From a candidate division Kazan bacterium RIFCSPHIGHO2_01_FULL_44_14 (GTDB lineage Bacteria; Patescibacteriota; Kazan-3B-28), in assembly GCA_001771185.1 (NCBI GenBank), contig METB01000001.1:94520-158519 (forward strand): a DNA stretch of 64,000 nucleotides. Reading direction: 5' to 3'. The notes under the pieces were generated by a model. The model saw only the letters and a list, made by a program, of their open reading frames with translations. It did not search any database and was not told the origin of the DNA. Positions 31,355 through 40,912 of this stretch are shown one piece after another (position 1 is the stretch's first letter; every line of letters starts with the position of its first letter). Made by a program: the position numbers and the translations under genes.

Positions 31355-31467
31355 ATGCGACCTACGGTCTAGATTCTTCGCGGAGCATGTCCTGAAGAAC
31401 TGAAGGGCTCAGAATGACGGAAAATAATGGCGGGAATGACGAAGGGTGGCGCGGGAATGACAGTTAA

Positions 31468-32475
31468 TTAAAATTCTTCCAAAAAATCTAAATTGCCTGA
31501 TAAAAACAACCGAATATCATCGATACCATGCTTTAACATCGTGATCCGATCTATCCCCAGACCAAAAGCAAACCCAGAAAATTCGGTTGGATCAATATCA
31601 CCGTTTTTTAGAACAGTTGGATGAACCATTCCACAGCCCATTAGCTCTAGCCAATGCCCTTTAAACCAAATATCAACTTCAAAACTGGGCTCGGTGAATG
31701 GAAAGAAACTCGGTCGGAGTCGGGTTTTAACTTCCGAACCCAAAATGTCCTTAACTATTGTATCGATGACGGCCTTAAGATGAGCCACTGTAATCCCCCG
31801 ATCAATTAACAATCCTTCGAGTTGATAAAAGACCGAACTATGAGTGGCGTCCTCGGCCTCATAACGGAAGGTCCGTCCGGGAGCGATAATCCGAATTGGT
31901 GGCCGGTGCTCTTTCATATACCGAATCTGCACGGGTGAGGTGTGGGTACGAAGAAGGAATTTGGAATTTTGTCCGTCAGCTGACGGATTGAATTTTGAAC
32001 CTACCGACTCTTTCAGCCAGAAGGTGTCCCAAGCATCTCTGGCTGGATGGTTGTCGGGAATATTTAAAAGATTAAAATTATTTTCTTCGGTCTCAACCTC
32101 TGGGCCATCTGCCACCGAGAAACCCAGTCCTCGAAACAGTTTGACTAGTTCATTGGTAGTTTGAGTTAAGGGATGCAACCGGCCTAATGGTGGATGAAGT
32201 CCTGGGATAGTGGGATCAAATAATTCAACTTCGGCTTTAGGTTGTCGCTCGGCCAACTGATTTAACCGTTCGGCCAGTTGCTGTTTGATTTGATTACCCA
32301 ACTGGCCAGCCACTGCTTTCTGTTCGATCGGAAGATCGGCAATTTGACCGAGCAAGTGATTCAGTTCCGATTTACGCCCCAGATATTTGGTCCGCAAAAT
32401 TTCATAATTGGCTGGATTGGCCGACGCAATCTCGGATTGGGCCTGGAGCCATAATTGTTTGAGTTTATCTTCCAT
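31468..32475 (-). CDS. pheS: Phenylalanine--tRNA ligase alpha subunit
   Basis: Class II motifs FRYEAEDATHSSVFYQLEGL and GLGIDRITML. Confidence 0.95.
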   Translation of the reverse strand: MEDKLKQLWLQAQSEIASANPANYEILRTKYLGRKSELNHLLGQIADLPIEQKAVAGQLGNQIKQQLAERLNQLAERQPKAEVELFDPTIPGLHPPLGRLHPLTQTTNELVKLFRGLGFSVADGPEVETEENNFNLLNIPDNHPARDAWDTFWLKESVGSKFNPSADGQNSKFLLRTHTSPVQIRYMKEHRPPIRIIAPGRTFRYEAEDATHSSVFYQLEGLLIDRGITVAHLKAVIDTIVKDILGSEVKTRLRPSFFPFTEPSFEVDIWFKGHWLELMGCGMVHPTVLKNGDIDPTEFSGFAFGLGIDRITMLKHGIDDIRLFLSGNLDFLEEF

Positions 32476-32487
32476 TGAATAACTTTC

Positions 32488-32850
32488 CTATTCTACTTTA
32501 ATCTTAAAATAAACTTCTAGCAGTAAACCAATCACTACAACCATCACGATATTCCACCAAGCCAGGACATTAAGCCACTGGAGAATTAGAACGCCAATAC
32601 CAGCCAAACCTAACAGCGCACCATGACGCAGAGCGGTCCAAAATCGCTTAGCCCCAGTCAACCGAGTGTATAAAGCGTACAAAACTAAGGTGAATCCCCC
32701 AACCATTGTTACCCCCAAACTGATTAGGAACAGAACTAATCCGACATAGCCAACCGTGGTGGGGTCAAAATAAATCAGCACCAAACTCCAGGCAATGATC
32801 GTCAGACCGGTAGTGATGGCTGTACCGATTAAATAACTAGTAACAGGCAT
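32488..32850 (-). CDS. Hypothetical membrane protein (120 aa, 4 TM)
   Basis: Hydrophobic ORF 12 nt downstream of pheS. Confidence 0.5.
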   Translation of the reverse strand: MPVTSYLIGTAITTGLTIIAWSLVLIYFDPTTVGYVGLVLFLISLGVTMVGGFTLVLYALYTRLTGAKRFWTALRHGALLGLAGIGVLILQWLNVLAWWNIVMVVVIGLLLEVYFKIKVE

Positions 32851-32945
32851 AACCTAAGTATATCTGAAATCAAAAAAGCCACGCCACTAGCGTGGCTTAT
32901 AATTATCAGATTTACTCTTGAAACTGTGGGCTAGTTCTCTTGATT

Positions 32946-33030
32946 GGGACCCCGAAATGGTCTAATCCCGATGAGCAGAGGAATGAATATTTTGGGGAGA
33001 AGGAAAAACAATTGAGTGACAAAAGCATCC
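32946..33030 (+). ncRNA. Conserved ~85-nt structured element, copy 2
   Basis: gggaccccgaaatggtctaatcccgatgagcagaggaatgaatattttggggagaaggaaaaa aligns with 22977..23062. It precedes a ~480-bp ORF-free region. Confidence 0.4.
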
Positions 33031-33503
33031 CGGCGAGCCGAGATAGCGTAACACGAAATTGTTTGGATATAAAATAAGGGGTCATACAGGCGCCCTAAAA
33101 TAAAAAATTAAATGGCGTGATGACCCCTTAAGGTGCAAACACCGAACCGTCCCGCCGACGCAACTGACCAGCAGTCACTATCGAAAAGTTTTTGGATGAA
33201 GAACAAAACGAATTTTGTTTTTATTTTTCCAACACGGGACAGTGTCGGAAAGCGAAGCACCACTGGGGGGAGTGATACCTCGCTTCCCGACACTCTCGCT
33301 AATACTTGTTGTCAAAGGCCTTCACCAAATTATATCACTGTACCACAAGCGAAACCCTTCGTCAATACTCCTAGCCAGTAAAGCCGATATTAGTGGCTTC
33401 TGGAGCACAAAGTTTTTTAGTTATCCCCACCCAGTAGAAGATATTGGATGGCACTTTGTGCCAATCAGAGAAATCCAATATACTCTACCAGGTTTAACCC
33501 GTT

Positions 33504-35870
33504 TTACCCCAAAATCTGGTCGGTTGGTTCTGGGATTACCATAAAGTCCGGTAATGAGTTGAGTACCTTTTGCCCATATTCTTTGGTTAGTAGCCGACTG
33601 TCCAAAATTACCAAAGGTAACTTCAGTCGCTTAACCTGGTGGAGAATCTCTTTCAGTCGCATGATTCCCCGAGCCAGAGTATAGGTTTCAAATCCATCCT
33701 CGACATCGCTCAACACCTTGGCCTGGGGCCGAGATACTGCCTCAAATGGGATTTTTCCCAGAATCAGCCGGTCAAATCCAGAGGCGTAAGATTGGACCCG
33801 ATCAAACCAGTAGTAATGCCCCAGCAGAACAAACCTGGAGTGCTTAGACAAAAGCTCGGGAATAAGTGAAGCGTTCCCAACTGTATCATAATTTTCCAAG
33901 ACCGCTTTGGTGGCCTGGGCTTCCACGAACAAGTCCCCAAACAGTTGACGGGCCTCATAAGCAGAATTGAGTAAAAATAAAATTTTATTATCTCGTTCTA
34001 AAGTTCTTTCCGCCAACTGATGCAAAGCATAGGAGTAGTCGTTCCCTTCTGGCATATCTTGGGCTAATACCAATTCGGTTTTGGATGACTGACCGACGAT
34101 CTTCCCTGTTCCCTCACCAAAAACCGAATTTAAATAAGCAAAACTGCCACTCACTGATAATCCAGGGCCCAAGACCGTCAATCCACCAGCCCGATCAATT
34201 AGTCGATGCAGGATCTGGAGATTAGATTGGGCTGGAACAATTTCCAAGAAGAATCGGTTGCCGTCGACAAATAGAAAATAGCGTCGATCGGCTGACAACT
34301 CGGCGACCGCCCTAAAATCGTCAATCAATTTACTAGTGCGTTTAGCTTGGGCCTGACCAGCCGAACTGGTGACGGTTTTAATCCCCTCCAAATAGTTAGT
34401 TAAATGATCAGCTGCCGAAGTTAAGGCAGTTTTTAGTCCATCAGTTATCAGGTCCGGCATCAATTCGATATTGCGCTCATACACGGATACTGGCGGATGG
34501 ATTGTATAAATCCCAACTAGCGCTTCGGTGACTGTCTGCAAGTCACCACCAAAATGATTTAACGATTTGAACAAACTGTCCGCCAGTTTTACATCAACAA
34601 CTCGAATATGCTGGTGAACAAAATCCCGCCGACTGCTAACCGCTGCCGCAAAATAAATCGCCGAGAAGGTTCTGGACTGACTAGCGAATAAAGCATCTTC
34701 CAATAGCAACGGGTGGGCAGTTACCAGATTGCGTCCATCCAAGTCCGTCATATCCAACAACCCATTGGCCGAAGTAATTAAGATGTCTCCGGTCGGCTCA
34801 ATTCCCGGATTGTGCGGGGATAATTTTTGCTCCCATTGATATTGTTCATCCCGAGACAGATACAATCGGCTGTAATCCATCCCCCACTCTTCCCGCCAAA
34901 TTACAACTTTAGCCACCAACTTGGCTTCTAATGCACTTAGATCATCTCGATCCTTTACTAGATCAACTTCTGCATCAGTTCGATACCACAAGTTAGAGGG
35001 ATAGCGTGGGACCAAGTCGGTCTTAATCGTTTTCCCCACTCGAGTCCAGTTGGTTTGATAAAATAACCGATCCGGGACAATAACAATTGCTGGGTGATGA
35101 ACACTAGCATAGGCCAGCGTTAGAGCGGTGGGATTATCATCAAAATGAGTTTCGATAAAATTAATTTTCCCCTCTTGGGCCGTAGCGATTTGTTCAACTG
35201 ATGGCTTAGCTGATTTTATTTCTTTCACCAGTCCATCAATCTCATCGCCATCATGTCGGGGAGTTAATTTTAAGTCAGTAAAAGCGGGTGGTTGAGCAAT
35301 CAACCAACCCCAAGTCCAGGCAGTTTCGGGCACCAACTCGGCAATGCGTCGGCGGGTAGTTGGTTTTAAATTGGCGGTTTGCTGAACTAAAAATTTAAAC
35401 AAATCCACGGTGGCCAATACATCCGCCATTGCCCGATGAGACGGTTGGTGAGGAAACCCTAAAGAATGAGCCATATATTCCAAACTGTAATAGGACTGGG
35501 ACGGCAAAACGGTATAAGCCAATTCCAAGGTGTCGAGCGCCGGATTGGTCAGTTCAGCTTTGTTGTTGTTTAAAAATTCAATATCAAAACCAATGTTATG
35601 CCCAACAATTGGAGCGGACCCAATAAATTTGCGAATTTGGTCCATCGCCTCGGCAATGGTTGGCTGACCAACTAAATCCGCCGGAGTAATGCCGGTCAAA
35701 GCCACGACAGTCGGTGAGATTTCTTGATTAGTCGAAATTAATAAATTTAACTCCCCGACTATTTCGGCGTGGCCGTTCAATCGAACAGCGGCAAATTCAA
35801 TAATGTCGTCAATTTTAGCATTGACGCCGGTCGTTTCCACATCTAGAACGATATATTCTGAATACAGCAT
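33504..35870 (-). CDS. DnaQ-like 3'-5' exonuclease domain fused to a large DinG-like C-terminal region, without a recognisable Walker A or DEAH motif
   Basis: The N-terminus carries DEDDh motifs: VLDVETTG, GHNIGFDIEFL, HRAMADV. The ~600-aa C-terminal extension resembles the exonuclease-DinG architecture, but no GxGKT or DEAH is seen by eye. Confidence 0.7.
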   Translation of the reverse strand: MLYSEYIVLDVETTGVNAKIDDIIEFAAVRLNGHAEIVGELNLLISTNQEISPTVVALTGITPADLVGQPTIAEAMDQIRKFIGSAPIVGHNIGFDIEFLNNNKAELTNPALDTLELAYTVLPSQSYYSLEYMAHSLGFPHQPSHRAMADVLATVDLFKFLVQQTANLKPTTRRRIAELVPETAWTWGWLIAQPPAFTDLKLTPRHDGDEIDGLVKEIKSAKPSVEQIATAQEGKINFIETHFDDNPTALTLAYASVHHPAIVIVPDRLFYQTNWTRVGKTIKTDLVPRYPSNLWYRTDAEVDLVKDRDDLSALEAKLVAKVVIWREEWGMDYSRLYLSRDEQYQWEQKLSPHNPGIEPTGDILITSANGLLDMTDLDGRNLVTAHPLLLEDALFASQSRTFSAIYFAAAVSSRRDFVHQHIRVVDVKLADSLFKSLNHFGGDLQTVTEALVGIYTIHPPVSVYERNIELMPDLITDGLKTALTSAADHLTNYLEGIKTVTSSAGQAQAKRTSKLIDDFRAVAELSADRRYFLFVDGNRFFLEIVPAQSNLQILHRLIDRAGGLTVLGPGLSVSGSFAYLNSVFGEGTGKIVGQSSKTELVLAQDMPEGNDYSYALHQLAERTLERDNKILFLLNSAYEARQLFGDLFVEAQATKAVLENYDTVGNASLIPELLSKHSRFVLLGHYYWFDRVQSYASGFDRLILGKIPFEAVSRPQAKVLSDVEDGFETYTLARGIMRLKEILHQVKRLKLPLVILDSRLLTKEYGQKVLNSLPDFMVIPEPTDQILG

Positions 35871-35883
35871 TATACAAATAAAT

Positions 35884-36085
35884 TCTTAATTTCTAATTTC
35901 GAATCAAATCCCAATGACTGAATGTTTCAAAATTAAGATATTGAGATATTGATTCAAAATTCAAAATTCATCATTAAAAATTACTTGCTGGAACATTACA
36001 ACTTTTCATCGCAGATCCTTCCGTAGTTCTGCCGTACGGCAGAACGAAGGAGGACTTTTCACCTATCACTTCCCTCATTTGTCAT
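35884..36085 (-). repeat. Copy 3 (inverted) of the MITE-like repeat, with a palindromic insert ccgtagttctgccgtacggcagaacgaagg
   Basis: Its reverse complement matches aagtaatttttaatgatgaattttgaattttga...cattcagtcattgggatttgattcgaaattagaaatt and ...gtgataggtgaaaagt. Confidence 0.65.
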
Positions 36086-36108
36086 TTGTCATTTGTCATT
36101 TGTCATTT
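36081..36108. repeat. (tgtcatt)x4 perfect heptanucleotide microsatellite
   Basis: tgtcatttgtcatttgtcatttgtcatt lies immediately upstream of the cdaR stop / MITE end. Confidence 0.9.
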
Positions 36109-36110
36109 AT

Positions 36111-37310
36111 CTACCGAACCCTGCTTAATACCACTTCGACTTTGATGGGCGCGAAACTCACCACCTCTACCCCAGTCGGTGTAGTAAACATGCCTTGATT
36201 TATCTCAATCATATTAGCCCCAGATAGAGCCCCCCGCAAGTCGAGATTTAAGATAACATCATTCCGAGTCAGACCCTTGAGCATTTCCGGAGCCCCGGCC
36301 AAAATCACCTGGATACTGCCCGGGTTGGTAGTAGTAACGCTAAAGCCCTCGGTCACATTAGCATACTGGGGAACAACCGTTAACTGCTTGGTGCCTTGAG
36401 ATGACCCGATCGTGACGGTGGTTAAAATTAGATTTTCCCCGACCAAACTAATTCCATTAGGTAAATCGACTGCCACTTGGTCGGTGAAATTTTTGGTCCG
36501 ACCGTTTAAGTTAATCGGGGTGGTGGTGAGATATGCCAATTGGTCGAGGGCTTGTTGAGTGCCGGACACCAGCACCACTGCTGGTTCAAATTTGACTTCC
36601 TGCACCCAAAATCCGCCCGGCAATTTATTTACAAAACTGGCCTTGAGCCCAAGATTGCGCGAAGCCGCTCCCGGACCAATCTCGATGTTGGCTTGACCTT
36701 CGGCGGGAGACATTCGCACCGCTCCAAGCGACTGACCACCGCCATTATCGGCCTGAAAGCTAATTGGCACCGTAAATGATTCTCGCCGATGACTAATTGT
36801 AACCTCGGCACTAGCGTGAGTAATTTTGTCCAACAAAGCACCCGCCCCATAAATCGTCACTCGATCGGGTACGACTTTGGCCTGTTTGACACTATAACCG
36901 TCTGCTACCCAACCAGTCGTATTTAAAACCACCGGCACAATTTTTGATACCTCAACATCAAGATCAACAACCACTTCGGTTGGCTGATAATTAATTAACC
37001 GAATGTTGTTGGGTACCGCCAAGGGAACAATCGGCCGGCTGTAACGACCCGGCGTAGCGATGCCACTTAAATCCAACTGGAATTGGAATGAAATATCATT
37101 TAGTTTAGTGATAGCGTAGGGCCGACCAGAAATTTTGGCCGTGACGGTAGTAACACCATTTGCCACTGCTAAACCAGCCGGTAAATTTTTTACGATAATT
37201 GGGGCCGACCAGGATTTCGTCTGATAAGACAAGGCATAAACATTTACCCAAATCAGCACGGCAGTGATAATCAGTATCACGCGTATAGATGTAATATCAG
37301 AAAATCGCAT
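36111..37310 (-). CDS. cdaR: YbbR-domain protein (CdaR, regulator of the diadenylate cyclase)
   Basis: N-terminal TM segment followed by repeated YbbR-like beta-rich domains. It is immediately downstream of cdaA and overlaps it by 1 nt. Confidence 0.75.
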   Translation of the reverse strand: MRFSDITSIRVILIITAVLIWVNVYALSYQTKSWSAPIIVKNLPAGLAVANGVTTVTAKISGRPYAITKLNDISFQFQLDLSGIATPGRYSRPIVPLAVPNNIRLINYQPTEVVVDLDVEVSKIVPVVLNTTGWVADGYSVKQAKVVPDRVTIYGAGALLDKITHASAEVTISHRRESFTVPISFQADNGGGQSLGAVRMSPAEGQANIEIGPGAASRNLGLKASFVNKLPGGFWVQEVKFEPAVVLVSGTQQALDQLAYLTTTPINLNGRTKNFTDQVAVDLPNGISLVGENLILTTVTIGSSQGTKQLTVVPQYANVTEGFSVTTTNPGSIQVILAGAPEMLKGLTRNDVILNLDLRGALSGANMIEINQGMFTTPTGVEVVSFAPIKVEVVLSRVR

Positions 37311-38149
37311 TAAGCCGATGGATAAACGAGTATGGTTTTGAGAATCCGAGATAATTCAGATGGAGTCAGATTTTTGTAAGTATCATCGCCATGCAATAAC
37401 ATAATGTCGCCAATGGTTTTATTTACCACTACCACCACCGTTCCCCAATCCTTGGCCACTTTCTTGATGATTGGATTGGTGGCCGAAAATAACACTTTGG
37501 CTCGGGGTGACAGCAAAGTCGAACCAGCCGAAACAATTCGGTTAGTATCAATAATCACCGCTCCCCGACCTAAAACCGAACCGTTGCCGAAGAAGTCAAT
37601 CAGCAATTCGCTGGTCACTACCGAATTCATTTTGGTCCCATTTTCAATTAGCCGAATCAGGGACTTGTCTTTTTTGATAACAATTAATGACGGTTTGTGC
37701 GCTCGGCTCAAAACCGCAGTAGCTTCGGCCACGGCCTTAATCATTTGTTGAATGTCACCGACACTCGCCCGAGGTTGAGTTCCAGCTGGGTTCAAGCGCG
37801 GTCCTGTCGATTCTAGCACGGCCTTAATTTCTGGTGCGTACAAGGCGGCTACGGCTAGCAGAGCAATCATAATTAAACTACTAGCAACAATGAACAGCGC
37901 CCAGAGTCCCAACGTCCGAGCGATGAGAGCCATTAATAACAAAAAAAGGATTTTGGGGAAAATTTTAATTAGGTCACTCCGGCGCAATTTTTTATACAAC
38001 CACCAGAGTACAGCAAAGACCAGAACGATATCGATTAAACCCAAAAGTGAGAACTGGCCAGCTATCCCCTGCCAAAACAGTGCAGCAGTACTTTCCACTG
38101 TCGCCCAACTCAATTGAATTTGCTCAATTAATTTCAACCACAAGTTCAT
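37310..38149 (-). CDS. cdaA: Diadenylate cyclase CdaA (DAC domain, 3 N-terminal TM helices)
   Basis: GSVLGRGAVIIDTNRIVSAGSTLLSP and TNPIIKKVAKDWGTVVVVVNKTIGDI match DisA_N/DAC motifs. Confidence 0.8.
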   Translation of the reverse strand: MNLWLKLIEQIQLSWATVESTAALFWQGIAGQFSLLGLIDIVLVFAVLWWLYKKLRRSDLIKIFPKILFLLLMALIARTLGLWALFIVASSLIMIALLAVAALYAPEIKAVLESTGPRLNPAGTQPRASVGDIQQMIKAVAEATAVLSRAHKPSLIVIKKDKSLIRLIENGTKMNSVVTSELLIDFFGNGSVLGRGAVIIDTNRIVSAGSTLLSPRAKVLFSATNPIIKKVAKDWGTVVVVVNKTIGDIMLLHGDDTYKNLTPSELSRILKTILVYPSA

Positions 38150-38207
38150 TCACTCTCCTCGTGTTTAACTAGTTTATAATACGACAAAAGTAAGAGTTTG
38201 AGAAAAA

Positions 38208-38277
38208 GCCCCGTAGAAGCAATTTGGGATGCCAGAGGCATTGGCGCAAAGCGCAACCAAATTTTCTCTACGGGGCC
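38208..38277 (-). ncRNA. Highly structured ~70-nt element in the cdaA 5' leader region
   Basis: Outer arms gccccgtagaagcaatttggg / aaattttctctacggggc, about 19 bp. Inner hairpins are gatgcc..ggcatt and gcgc-aaa-gcgc. Confidence 0.35.
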
Positions 38278-38537
38278 AAAGTCAGCAGCCAGAGCTGCAA
38301 TGCGCGATGCGCGGAACCATAAACCGCTTACGCATCAGGTACACCTCCCTTGTGGGGGTTAGGGTCAGAAAACGGCCTTTCGGCCGTTGTAGTCACCTAC
38401 CTTTTAAGTATAGCAAAGCCGTCAACCCCCATTCCCAGCTTCGTCATGCTGAATTTGGTTCAGCATCTAGATTCTGAAACAAGTTCAGAATGACCGATGA
38501 AACGAAACTGGGAAAGGGCGACAGAACAAGACCCAAA

Positions 38538-38804
38538 TTACTTCTTCTTGGAGACCCAGTTGTAGACACCGGCAAACACCCAACCGATGATGTAGCCGAC
38601 AATAAAGGCCACTATCAACAGCCAGATAGCGCTTCCCCACGAGAAGACACCTACGGTCATTGGATTGGCCATGAAATGCAAACTACACACCCAATCGATG
38701 AACTGTTGGCCCATGCCACCAGCTACAATCAAAATCCAAACCAAATGGACGAGGGCAACAAACCAAGCCACCGTCAGGGCGACACGATGCTGAAATGCTT
38801 TCAT
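38538..38804 (-). CDS. Small hypothetical membrane protein (88 aa)
   Basis: Hydrophobic ORF with 2-3 TM. The overlapping + strand ORF 38490..38939 is judged less likely. Confidence 0.4.
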   Translation of the reverse strand: MKAFQHRVALTVAWFVALVHLVWILIVAGGMGQQFIDWVCSLHFMANPMTVGVFSWGSAIWLLIVAFIVGYIIGWVFAGVYNWVSKKK

Positions 38805-38846
38805 AGTACCCCCAATAAAATAATATACCGCTTAAAGTGTATCATC

Positions 38847-39242
38847 TTATTCAGTAGTTTTTCCATCAAATTCTTCGGGACGGGCAATAGCATCGGCCTT
38901 GGTTACCCGCACCGTTCCATTGATATGTTCGGGTGGTGAGTAGAGGGTATAAAGTTTAAGTTCAACTGAACTCATATTGATAACATTGTGGTTTGAGCCG
39001 GCTGGGACAATGACCGCGTCTCCATCGGCCACTTGATAAGTATTATCATCAATTACCACTTGTCCGCTCCCCGCCTCGAATCGGAAAAATTGGTCGATAT
39101 TTGGATGGACTTCAGCGCCAATTTCCTCGCCCGGCTTTAGAGTCATCAGTACCAATTGGGTGTGATGACCAGTGTATAACACTCGCCGAAAATCGGTGTT
39201 GGCAAGAGTCATTTTTTCGATATTGTCGTGATATCCTCGCAT
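38847..39242 (-). CDS. Cupin-domain protein
   Basis: GAEVHPNIDQFFRFEAGSGQVVIDDNTYQVADGDAVIVPAGSNHNVIN is a cupin_2 pattern. Confidence 0.65.
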   Translation of the reverse strand: MRGYHDNIEKMTLANTDFRRVLYTGHHTQLVLMTLKPGEEIGAEVHPNIDQFFRFEAGSGQVVIDDNTYQVADGDAVIVPAGSNHNVINMSSVELKLYTLYSPPEHINGTVRVTKADAIARPEEFDGKTTE

Positions 39243-39337
39243 AAGAAAAAAGTTAGTAATATAACACTTTCATTATAGGCCTTGGATATGAAAAAGGCGG
39301 GACAAAGTCCCGCCTTTTAAATAAAAGAAGCCGAAAG

Positions 39338-39817
39338 TTACATGAAGACCTCTGTCATCTTTCCGTGAAAACCTTTGTGGAATTCACAAACCGCAACCTC
39401 CCTGCCACAACCGTGTTCGTTCACGATGATTATCACTACCGCTGGGTGATGACAACCAGGTCGTCTACAAACTTGACCAGGTTCCGCCGGAGTGTAGTAG
39501 GCAGAGTCCATGTACTCGAATAGGCAGAAGTAATCCTCTGGTTTTAGCGCCGAGAAGGATTCTTCTTTGCTTAGCTCGGTCTCGCAAAAGCGAGTAACTC
39601 GGCCGGATTTATACCACCGAGGTGAGACGCCGGGGGAACCGAACTCGTTGTCTAAACTTGGTCCGAATTTGACATTGATGGTCCCGTCGGGGTCACCATC
39701 TTCGACAATCCCCACTACCACGCCCGTCTTCCCGTGATAGGTATAGGTCTTATTTCCGTTACCAAGGTCAACCTTCACAATATCGCCAATCGTAAATGAC
39801 ATCTTAGTCACCTCCAA
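39338..39817 (-). CDS. Hypothetical protein (159 aa) with a C-terminal Cys/His cluster
   Basis: ORF with CRRPGCHH...HGCGREVAVCEFH, a possible metal-binding region. Confidence 0.5.
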   Translation of the reverse strand: MEVTKMSFTIGDIVKVDLGNGNKTYTYHGKTGVVVGIVEDGDPDGTINVKFGPSLDNEFGSPGVSPRWYKSGRVTRFCETELSKEESFSALKPEDYFCLFEYMDSAYYTPAEPGQVCRRPGCHHPAVVIIIVNEHGCGREVAVCEFHKGFHGKMTEVFM

Positions 39818-39892
39818 AATTTGAACACTAATCTAAATCAAAATGTAAAGGGACATCCAGCCCCCTCCAAGATATGAACATTGTATCATGGA

Positions 39893-40621
39893 CTACAGAC
39901 CAGCCAGACGGACCACCAAGAACAGCGTCCCGGCCCCAAACAGAGTCATCAGCGTGGTTAAAAATTTCGGATGAGCATGATGGCTCTCGGGAATCAAATC
40001 GCTGGCTCCAACATACAGGAAAAACCCAGCAAAGATTGCCAGGAGAATCCCCAACATTGATTCTGGCAAAGTAAAAAATAAAGTTGCCACAATCCCCAAG
40101 ACCGGAGCGATAGCGTCCACTAATAGCCACTTGAAAGCCAGACTACTGTCTTTGGAGTTTTTCAATAAAACGCTGATTGTATTAATCCCGTCAGAAAAAT
40201 CGTGAGTCAAGACCGCAACCGCGACCACTATTCCAACTGCCGAAGAAACCTGGAAACCAACCCCAATTGCTAATCCGTCTAGGAAACTATGGACTGAAAG
40301 TGTACTGCCACCTAAAATCCCACGCCGAGAAGAGGCATGATGGTGATTATCGGATGACTCATTATGATAATGCAACAATACCCAACGGTCTAACAGCAAA
40401 TAGGCCAAAAATCCGGCACCAATAAAACTGGCGATAGTAGCAACGGAATAAAATTGCTGACCGATCAATTGGGCCTCTGGAATCAAATCAAAAAATGCCA
40501 CGCCAATCACAGCGCCGGCGGAAAATCCGAGGATAAGATGGAGTTTGTCCTTGAATCGGAGGGCCAACCAACCACCCAGTAGAGTGGACAGGAAAGCCAG
40601 TACAGCAGATAAAATCAACAT
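39893..40621 (-). CDS. ZIP-family metal transporter (ZupT-like)
   Basis: Multiple TM helices, a His-rich loop HHHASSRRG, and the conserved HSFLDGLAIG / HDFSDG ZIP motifs. Confidence 0.85.
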   Translation of the reverse strand: MLILSAVLAFLSTLLGGWLALRFKDKLHLILGFSAGAVIGVAFFDLIPEAQLIGQQFYSVATIASFIGAGFLAYLLLDRWVLLHYHNESSDNHHHASSRRGILGGSTLSVHSFLDGLAIGVGFQVSSAVGIVVAVAVLTHDFSDGINTISVLLKNSKDSSLAFKWLLVDAIAPVLGIVATLFFTLPESMLGILLAIFAGFFLYVGASDLIPESHHAHPKFLTTLMTLFGAGTLFLVVRLAGL

Positions 40622-40843
40622 GGTAACTATCCAGATAGTGAATATCTAGACCATTATATCGCACTGCCAGAGCCCAAGAGCCAAAAATTACTTTTTAGAA
40701 AAATCAGCCCAAAGCGAGATAAGCCCCAAAGCAAAAAATAATCCGGCTTCGAGCCAGTTTGATTTTTGGATGGCTTCGATTAGCGCAATACCAAAGAAAA
40801 TAACAAATACCGCAAGATTGGTGTAAGTAATGTTTTTCATAAT

Positions 40844-40892
40844 TGGCAGACCGTGGTGGAGCCTGCCTGCCGGTAGGCAGGGAAGTTAGAAC
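40844..40892. repeat. Intergenic repeat family R1, copy a (others at 41957..42008 and truncated at 46343..46372)
   Basis: tggcagaccgtggtggag-cctgcctgccggtaggcagg-gaagttag; the embedded hairpin is CCTGCC..GGCAGG. Confidence 0.7.
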
Positions 40893-40912
40893 CTTTCGAG
40901 CAAAAGTTGAAA

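Noticed and set aside
33108-33684. Small ORFs 33108..33293 (-), 33133..33381 (+), 33215..33544 (+), 33448..33684 (+)
   Set aside because: They are mutually overlapping, have no RBS or homology support, and sit in a hairpin-rich ORF-free segment. They are more likely non-coding.
36078-36110. Possible CRISPR array (tandem short repeats here, and the 30-bp tandem units at 43051..43140)
   Set aside because: The heptamer units have no spacers. The 30-bp units are in-frame inside a coding sequence and encode a decapeptide repeat. There are no cas genes. No CRISPR array is present in the window.
38229-38939. ORFs 38229..38477 (+) and 38490..38939 (+)
   Set aside because: They overlap the structured leader/hairpin region and the more plausible minus-strand membrane ORF 38538..38804. 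They are GC-rich with unusual composition and are considered spurious.
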